From Gemmatimonadales bacterium (GTDB taxonomy: Bacteria; Gemmatimonadota; Gemmatimonadetes; Gemmatimonadales; GWC2-71-9), in the NCBI GenBank assembly GCA_033764505.1, contig JANRIW010000027.1, positions 100,720 through 164,719 on the forward strand: a DNA stretch of 64,000 bases. Direction: 5' to 3'. This document shows, piece by piece, positions 58,633 through 64,000 of this stretch. The position numbers were made by a program, and so were the translations under genes. Every line of letters begins with the position of its first letter. The stretch's first letter is position 1. The notes beneath the pieces are model-generated. The model ran no database searches. It worked only from the letters and a program-made list of their open reading frames with translations, and was not told the DNA's origin.

Positions 58633-58648
58633 GGACGGCTTGGGGTGG

Positions 58649-59659
58649 CTACCGCCGCACCACCACATCAATAGGCGCCCGCACGATGAAGCGGTAGCTC
58701 AGCTCCCAGGGCGTGTTGAAGAAGGCGATGCTCTCTTCATCATCGATGCGGTGCCAGCGCGCCTCGGCGTCGAAGGTCGCGCCACCGCCGATCCCGGTGC
58801 GCCGCAGCAGGCCGAGCTCGGTGTACTTGCGTCGAGCACGATAGAAATCGGGATCGAGCCCGGTCGAGTTGTAGTTGTTGTCGCCGGCCGCGGCCACGAA
58901 GTCGCGCCCGCGCCAGTGAATCGCGAACACCTCGACCCATCCGCGCGGCGTGATGCCTGCGCGCAGGTAGGTGCCGCGCCCCTTCGAGGCGCGCTCCGCC
59001 GGATAGTCCGGGTCGATGTTCCCGTCACTCCAGAGCCGCCACGCCGCCAGCGACGACGCACCCACCACGGGCAGCGTCCGCCGCACTGTTGCGCCGAGCG
59101 CGGTGACGCGGTTGTTGCTCACCGGCACGCCGGCGTCGAAGAGCTGCCCGCCACGATGCGACCAGAGGTGCTGTGCCTCCACGCTCGCCCACTCGACCGG
59201 GTCGAGGCGCACCGTGGCCCCCATCTCGAAGGCCTCGCGCTGCGTCGGCGTGTTGAGCTGCTGCCAATTGACCCAGGCCTCGCCCCGGAACGCACCGCGC
59301 GTCTCGATCCACTGGAGCCCCGACTCGACCGGCGTGGTCAGCTCGCGGGTAGTGACCATCAGCGGCTCGAGGAGTCCGTGGCGCCGGACCGTCTCCAGGG
59401 TCCCGACAATGCCCTCCGAGTGCCGTGTGCGATAGCGGAACGACACGATCGGCAGCAACGAGTCGGTGAACTGCTCGCTCCCCAGCCGACGATCGGCGTA
59501 GAGGCCGAGACGCAGTTCGGTCCGCCGACCCGGCTTGGCCGCCAGCCAGGTCTGGACCTGGGTGCCGAGGATGGTCTCGCCGGTGCGGTAGGGGGTGAAG
59601 AACTCGGTGTTGTCGCCGTAGAGCGCCGCGCGGACGCGCCAATCGAGCCGTTGCGCCAT
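58649..59659 (-). CDS. hypothetical secreted/outer-membrane protein (start probably upstream, non-canonical)
   Basis: 336 aa from the first ATG. The in-frame upstream codons encode IRVPITVLALAFVLAAPGPAMA, a canonical signal peptide, with no ATG/GTG/TTG before the upstream stop. Confidence 0.5.
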   Translation of the reverse strand: MAQRLDWRVRAALYGDNTEFFTPYRTGETILGTQVQTWLAAKPGRRTELRLGLYADRRLGSEQFTDSLLPIVSFRYRTRHSEGIVGTLETVRRHGLLEPLMVTTRELTTPVESGLQWIETRGAFRGEAWVNWQQLNTPTQREAFEMGATVRLDPVEWASVEAQHLWSHRGGQLFDAGVPVSNNRVTALGATVRRTLPVVGASSLAAWRLWSDGNIDPDYPAERASKGRGTYLRAGITPRGWVEVFAIHWRGRDFVAAAGDNNYNSTGLDPDFYRARRKYTELGLLRRTGIGGGATFDAEARWHRIDDEESIAFFNTPWELSYRFIVRAPIDVVVRR

Positions 59660-59779
59660 GGCCGGTCCGGGTGCCGCCAGGACGAACGCGAGGGCCAGAA
59701 CAGTGATCGGGACGCGGATGGGAGCCTCGGGGCCAGAGGACGGTTCCTCCCCGGGCGGATGCCGTCACCCGGGGCCAGC

Positions 59780-59787
59780 ACTATTTT
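59780..59787 (+). promoter_or_regulatory. ACTATTTT box 7 nt upstream of the aguB ATG (candidate -10 of a leaderless mRNA)
   Basis: cACTATTTTagtcgccATG has the same octamer and spacing as ettA. No SD. Confidence 0.3.
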
Positions 59788-59794
59788 AGTCGCC

Positions 59795-60691
59795 ATGACT
59801 ACTTCGCGAACCGTTCGGGTCGGTCTGGTCCAGCAGAAGGTGGGGCCCACCCCCGCCGGCAACCTCGACCGCGCCATCGAGGGGATCCGGGCCGCCGCTG
59901 CCAAGGGTGCCCAGATCGTCTGCCTGCAGGAGCTCTTCGGCTGGTACTACTTCTGCCAGCGGGAAGATCACGACTTCTTCCAGCTCGCCGAGGCGATCCC
60001 CGGCCCCTCGACCGACCGTCTCTCCGAGGTGGCCAATGAGCTCGGCGTGGTGATCATCGCCTCGCTCTTCGAGCGGCGCGCCCAGGGGCTCTACCACAAC
60101 ACCGCCGCCGTGATCGATGCCGACGGCAGCTACCTCGGCAAGTACCGGAAGATGCACATTCCGGACGACCCGCAGTTCTACGAGAAGTTCTACTTTACCC
60201 CCGGCGACCTCGGCTTCCGCAGCTGGGACACCAAGTTCGGCAAGATCGGCGTGCTGATCTGCTGGGATCAATGGTATCCGGAGGCCGCGCGTCTCACGGC
60301 GATGAGCGGCGCCGAAATTCTCTTCTATCCGACGGCGATCGGCTGGCTCCCGCCCGAGAAGGCGGAATACGGCGAGCGGCAGCAGGCAGCGTGGGAGACC
60401 ATCCAGCGCAGCCACGCCGTGGCCAACGGCTGCTACGTCTGCGCCGTGAACCGCACCGGACTCGAGATCCTGCCCGAGAGCCGCGACGGCGCGCCGGGGA
60501 TCGAGTTCTGGGGCGGGTCGTTCATCGCCGACCCGAATGGCCGCATCCTGAGCAAGGCAGGACAGGACGAGGAGATTCTCGTGGCCGACTGCGACCTCGG
60601 CAACGTGGACGTGGTGCGCACCCACTGGCCCTTCCTGCGTGACCGCCGCATCGACGCGTACGGCGACCTGACGAAGCGCTACCTTGACTGA
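59795..60691 (+). CDS. aguB: N-carbamoylputrescine amidase (nitrilase superfamily)
   Basis: Internal ATG of ORF 58640..60691. Glu-Lys-Cys triad blocks CLQELF, YRKMHIP and ICWDQWYPE. Adjacent to aguA. Confidence 0.85.
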   Translation: MTTSRTVRVGLVQQKVGPTPAGNLDRAIEGIRAAAAKGAQIVCLQELFGWYYFCQREDHDFFQLAEAIPGPSTDRLSEVANELGVVIIASLFERRAQGLYHNTAAVIDADGSYLGKYRKMHIPDDPQFYEKFYFTPGDLGFRSWDTKFGKIGVLICWDQWYPEAARLTAMSGAEILFYPTAIGWLPPEKAEYGERQQAAWETIQRSHAVANGCYVCAVNRTGLEILPESRDGAPGIEFWGGSFIADPNGRILSKAGQDEEILVADCDLGNVDVVRTHWPFLRDRRIDAYGDLTKRYLD

Positions 60692-61727
60692 GACGCCTGC
60701 CGCGCGCGGCTTCCGCATGCCGGCCGAGTGGGCGCCGCATCGGGGCACCTGGCTCTCGTGGCCCCACCGTGAGTCGAGCTGGCCGGGGAATTTCTTCCCG
60801 GTCCCCTTCGTGATCGCCGAGATGATTCGCCACCTCGCCCCGGGCGAGGAAGTGCACGTGAACGTGGCCGATGACGTGATGGAGGGCGAAGCACGCGCGG
60901 TGCTCGCCGAGGCGAAGGTCGCCACGACCAACGTCTTCTTCCATCACTTCCCGACCAACGACGCGTGGTGTCGCGATCACGGGCCGATCTTTGTGCAGCG
61001 TGAGCACGGTGGTGCGCGCGAGCAGTTGATCCTCGACTGGGGCTACAACGCGTGGGGCGGCAAGTACCCGCCCTTCGATCTCGACAACGAGATCCCGCGA
61101 CTGGTGGCCGAGGAGTACGGCATCGAACGCGTGTCGCCCGGGATGATCCTCGAGGGCGGTTCGATCGAGGTGAACGGCGAAGGGATCCTGCTGACCACCG
61201 AGGCGTGTCTCCTCAATCCGAACCGGAACCCGGAGCTCAACAAGGCGCAGATCGAGCAGCGCCTTCGCGACCACCTGGGCGTGCGCAAGATCCTCTGGCT
61301 CGGCGAAGGGATCGTCGGCGATGACACCGACGGCCACATCGACGACATCACCCGCTTCGTGGATCCGCGCACCATCGTCACCGTGCTCGAAGACGACCCG
61401 GCCGACGAGAACTACGCGCTGCTCCTCGAGAACCTGATGCGCCTCGAGGCGATGACGGACGAGGCGGGCGAGCCCTTCCGGATCGTGACCCTGCCAATGC
61501 CGCGGCCGGTGATCTATGAGGATCAGCGCCTCCCCGCGTCGTACGCCAACTTCTACATCGGCAACGAGGTGGTCCTGCTCCCGGGCTATGACGCCGAGCG
61601 GGACGAGATCGCCCGGGCCACGTTGCAGACGCTCTTCCCGACCCGCCGCGTGGTGGTGATCGACTGCACCGCGCTGATCTGGGGGCTGGGGGCGTTCCAC
61701 TGTTTGACGCAGCAGTGGCCGGAGTAG
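60684..61727 (+). CDS. aguA: agmatine deiminase
   Basis: N-terminus FRMPAEWAPHRGTWLSWPH and C-terminal catalytic-Cys block GAFHCLTQQWP. Overlaps the aguB end by 8 nt. Confidence 0.9.
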   Translation: MTETPAARGFRMPAEWAPHRGTWLSWPHRESSWPGNFFPVPFVIAEMIRHLAPGEEVHVNVADDVMEGEARAVLAEAKVATTNVFFHHFPTNDAWCRDHGPIFVQREHGGAREQLILDWGYNAWGGKYPPFDLDNEIPRLVAEEYGIERVSPGMILEGGSIEVNGEGILLTTEACLLNPNRNPELNKAQIEQRLRDHLGVRKILWLGEGIVGDDTDGHIDDITRFVDPRTIVTVLEDDPADENYALLLENLMRLEAMTDEAGEPFRIVTLPMPRPVIYEDQRLPASYANFYIGNEVVLLPGYDAERDEIARATLQTLFPTRRVVVIDCTALIWGLGAFHCLTQQWPE

Positions 61728-61730
61728 ACG

Positions 61731-61839
61731 GCGAACAGCGAACAGCGATCGGCGAACGGCGGGTTGTCGGGGTATTTCCCCATGTGTGCGTTCCCTGAGG
61801 TCGCGGACCGCGGTTCGCTGTTCGCTGTTCGCCGTTCGC
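61731..61839. repeat. inverted heptamer arrays (GCGAACA-type)4 ... (TGTTCGC-type)4
   Basis: Left array: GCGAACA GCGAACA GCGATCG GCGAACG (61731-61758). A 53-nt spacer follows. Right array: GGTTCGC TGTTCGC TGTTCGC CGTTCGC (61812-61839). Confidence 0.9.
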
Positions 61840-61895
61840 CGTCCCCCTGCAACCCTTTCGCCCCCCCGCCCCGTCTCAGTTGCGTGACCGCCACC

Positions 61896-62453
61896 ATGAC
61901 CCTTTCGAACCCTCTGGCCGGTGTGCCGGCCCTCGACATCGAGGTCTCCCTCGCCCGGGCGGCGGCGGGTGGCGACGAGGGGGCGTTCGAGCGTCTCTAC
62001 CGCCGACATGTGGCCCGGATCCATACCCTCGTGCGCCGGATGGCCGGCGACGATGCAGCCGACGACCTGACCCAGGACGTCTTCATCCGGGCGTGGCAGA
62101 AGCTGCCGACCTTTCGGGCCGAGAGCGCCTTCGGCACCTGGCTGCATCGGCTGGCCGTGAACGTGGTGCTCTCGCGGCATCGCAGCGGCCAGAGCGAGCG
62201 GAAGTGGATCCAGGACGACGAACTCGCCCTCGGTCAGGCCACGGGGCACCAGCCGCACCCCGCCGTGGCCATGGACCTGGAGGCGGCGATCCGCCGCCTC
62301 CCCGATGGCTCGCGTCAGGTCTTCGTGTTGCACGACGTCGAAGGGTGGACGCACGAGGAGATCGCTGACCGGCTCGGGTTGGTGGTCGGCACGTCGAAGT
62401 CGCAGTTGTCGCGCGCCCGCGCCGCGCTCCGGAGGATGCTCGATGGCCACTAA
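61896..62453 (+). CDS. ECF-type RNA polymerase sigma-70 factor
   Basis: Start chosen at MTLSNPL, downstream of the repeat. Region 2 (DLTQDVFIRAWQKL) and region 4 HTH (EIADRLGLVVGTSKSQLSRAR). Confidence 0.85.
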   Translation: MTLSNPLAGVPALDIEVSLARAAAGGDEGAFERLYRRHVARIHTLVRRMAGDDAADDLTQDVFIRAWQKLPTFRAESAFGTWLHRLAVNVVLSRHRSGQSERKWIQDDELALGQATGHQPHPAVAMDLEAAIRRLPDGSRQVFVLHDVEGWTHEEIADRLGLVVGTSKSQLSRARAALRRMLDGH

Positions 62454-63000
62454 TCAGGACGATCCAATCGACCCGCGCCTCGCGGAGGCGATCGCCACGC
62501 TGCGCGACACCCCGCCGAGCGACGACCTCTGGCCCGAGATCGCCCCACGCCTCGCGCCGCGGCATCCGGCGGGAACGCTGCTGCTCCGCTGGCCCACCGC
62601 GATCGCCGCGGGCCTGGTGATCGCGACCGCCTCGATTGGCGGCACGCTCCTGCTGCTCCGCGGCGATGCGGTGACGCCTGCGCCGAGCGCGACGCAAGCG
62701 TCACTCGCCACGCCGGCGAACGCCGTCGCGGCCGCACACACGCCCGCCGACCAGGCGCTGCAGCGCGCGATCGGTGAACTCGAGGGTCGGCTGGCGCTGG
62801 CCGAGGGTTCGTTCGATGCCACGACGCGCGATGGCATCCGCGCCTCGCTCGATGCCCTGGACCGCGCCATTGCCGATGCCGCCGCACGCCAGCGTGCGAC
62901 CCCCGACGATGCGCGGAGCGCCCACTACCTCACCTCGGCGTTGCAGAAGAAGCTCGAGGTGCTGCGCACCCTGACCCGACGCACTGCCATCCGGACCTGA
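62443..63000 (+). CDS. putative anti-sigma factor (single-pass membrane protein)
   Basis: The ATG overlaps the sigma gene end. Short cytoplasmic N-terminus, one TM helix (WPTAIAAGLVIATASIGGTLLLL) and a periplasmic helical domain. The call rests on position after an ECF sigma gene. Confidence 0.55.
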   Translation: MATNQDDPIDPRLAEAIATLRDTPPSDDLWPEIAPRLAPRHPAGTLLLRWPTAIAAGLVIATASIGGTLLLLRGDAVTPAPSATQASLATPANAVAAAHTPADQALQRAIGELEGRLALAEGSFDATTRDGIRASLDALDRAIADAAARQRATPDDARSAHYLTSALQKKLEVLRTLTRRTAIRT

Positions 63001-63021
63001 TCCGGTTTCGAGGATAAGCCC

Positions 63022-63930
63022 ATGCCCGCCACGTTCCTGCTCGCCGCCGCCGCCCTGAGTGGCCTCGCCACGCCCGACACGGTGGTCCGCCTTCGCAGCG
63101 GCGCCTCGATCGAGATCCATTCCGCCATGTGCGGCATCATGGTGCGCGTCGGGACCGAGGAGCGACTCAGCGTCACCGGCGGCTCCATTGAAGTGGACGG
63201 CGGTACCGCCGAGGTCAATTGCGCCTGGGGGCAGTCGAGTGTCATGAACATCACGGTACCACCGAGCAGCCGACTGGAGGTCAGCAGTGTCTCCGGCGCC
63301 GTGACACTGAACGGGGTCACCGAGCGACTGGAAGTGAACACGATGAATGGCGCCATCCGCCTCACCAACGGCGGCGGCCGCACCACGCTCGAGACGGTGG
63401 CCGGGACGGTGACGGTCACCAACTACCGCGGCGTGTCGCTCGCGGTGGATGCCGTGGCCGGCGTGGTGAGTATGGAGGATGTCGAGGTCACGGGACGGCT
63501 GAGTGCCGAGAGCATCAACGCCGGGGTGCGACTGCGCGGCGTGCGGGCGCAGTCGGTCAGCGCCTCGTCGGTGAATGCCTCGGTGGATTTTGCCGGAAGC
63601 CTGCGGCCCGATGGCAACTATGCCTTCGAGAGTCACAACGGCAGCATCACCCTCACGCTCCCGGGCAGCACCAGCGCCCGACTGCGCGTCTCGTCGGTGA
63701 TGGGCGACTTCGAGACCGAGATCCAGGGCACCCTGGCCTCTGGCCCGCGCCAGGCGCCGACTGCGAACCCGGAGCCGCCGCGGCCAGGGCGTGGTCGCAC
63801 CACTCCGCCCGCGCCGCCGGTGCCCCCGCGGCTCGACGAGTCCGACTTCACCATCGTCTACGGCAAGGGCGAGGCGCGCGTGACCGTGGATTCGTTCAAC
63901 GGCCCGATCCGCGTCAAGGTCGCGAAGTGA
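63022..63930 (+). CDS. DUF4097-like beta-helix protein (putative adhesin/cell-envelope stress module)
   Basis: Repetitive beta-strand units (GAVTLNGVTERLEVNTMNGAIRLTN, GTVTVTNYRG, GSITLTLPGS...RVSSVMGDF). Commonly found downstream of sigma/anti-sigma pairs. Confidence 0.55.
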   Translation: MPATFLLAAAALSGLATPDTVVRLRSGASIEIHSAMCGIMVRVGTEERLSVTGGSIEVDGGTAEVNCAWGQSSVMNITVPPSSRLEVSSVSGAVTLNGVTERLEVNTMNGAIRLTNGGGRTTLETVAGTVTVTNYRGVSLAVDAVAGVVSMEDVEVTGRLSAESINAGVRLRGVRAQSVSASSVNASVDFAGSLRPDGNYAFESHNGSITLTLPGSTSARLRVSSVMGDFETEIQGTLASGPRQAPTANPEPPRPGRGRTTPPAPPVPPRLDESDFTIVYGKGEARVTVDSFNGPIRVKVAK

Positions 63931-64000
63931 CCCTCAGCTGAAGCGTGGCGGGCGACGCAGGTGGATGTCGCTCGCCCGCTGCCACACCGCCGCCAATCGC

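Noticed and set aside
59751-59787. A complete sigma70 -35/-10 promoter call for aguB.
   Set aside because: Only the -10-like ACTATTTT is convincing. The hexamers at 17-18 nt upstream (ATGCCG/GATGCC) do not resemble TTGACA, so only the box is reported, at low confidence.
58640-59794. The 385-codon N-terminal part of the 683-aa ORF 58640..60691.
   Set aside because: It is antisense to the secreted-protein gene 58649..59659 and has no motifs. The nitrilase-family sequence begins at the ATG at 59795.
61764-61895. The N-terminal extension of the sigma-factor ORF (start 61764).
   Set aside because: It runs through the right arm of the heptamer repeat (translated as SLFAVRRSPSP). Sigma region 2 alignment is satisfied from the ATG at 61896.

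Overview
This is a high-GC bacterial chromosomal window. The gene content (PEP-CTERM protein, LVIVD-type propeller, GH57 glycogen genes, many secreted S8/S9/M28 peptidases) is reminiscent of Gemmatimonadota/Acidobacteriota-type soil bacteria, but that is a guess only. I call about 50 densely packed protein-coding genes. I recognised no rRNA, tRNA, CRISPR, transposase, integrase or phage genes. Gene order, left to right: (1) thrA-thrB-thrC. (2) A PEP-CTERM protein, then a synthase-type exopolysaccharide locus: polytopic GT-C-like membrane protein, BcsB-like periplasmic subunit, processive GT2 synthase with an N-terminal MshEN c-di-GMP receptor domain, a second paralogous membrane protein, and a small putative outer-membrane barrel. 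(3) ABC-F Uup, small secreted proteins and an alpha/beta hydrolase. (4) On the minus strand, metX-metB, then a cyanophycin operon (iadA-cyanophycinase-cphA, plus a stand-alone Mur-ligase-like paralogue) and a DUF885 lipoprotein. (5) VOC protein, NfeD-flotillin pair, S8 protease, DPP-IV, peroxiredoxin, PQQ-type dehydrogenase, EttA. (6) S9 peptidase and a glycogen cluster (glgP-glgA and two GH57 genes). (7) An M28 peptidase-amidohydrolase-small TM-SSF symporter operon. (8) Several secreted or outer-membrane hypotheticals, then aguB-aguA. (9) An ECF sigma / anti-sigma / DUF4097 module. The most unusual signal is non-coding. Five intergenic sites carry exact period-7 tandem arrays, and four of them are arranged as inverted array pairs that can fold into long hairpins; the heptamer differs between loci. 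Other points of interest: a BcsA/BcsB-like synthase regulated through MshEN instead of PilZ; a duplicated Mur-ligase-type module next to cphA; a long structured leader with an attenuator-like hairpin upstream of metX; ACTATTTT boxes exactly 7 nt upstream of two ATGs, which suggests leaderless mRNAs; signal peptides that appear to need non-canonical start codons; and GRG-rich low-complexity inserts shared by unrelated secreted enzymes. All calls rest on reading the translated ORFs and the nucleotide sequence by eye. No database search was run.
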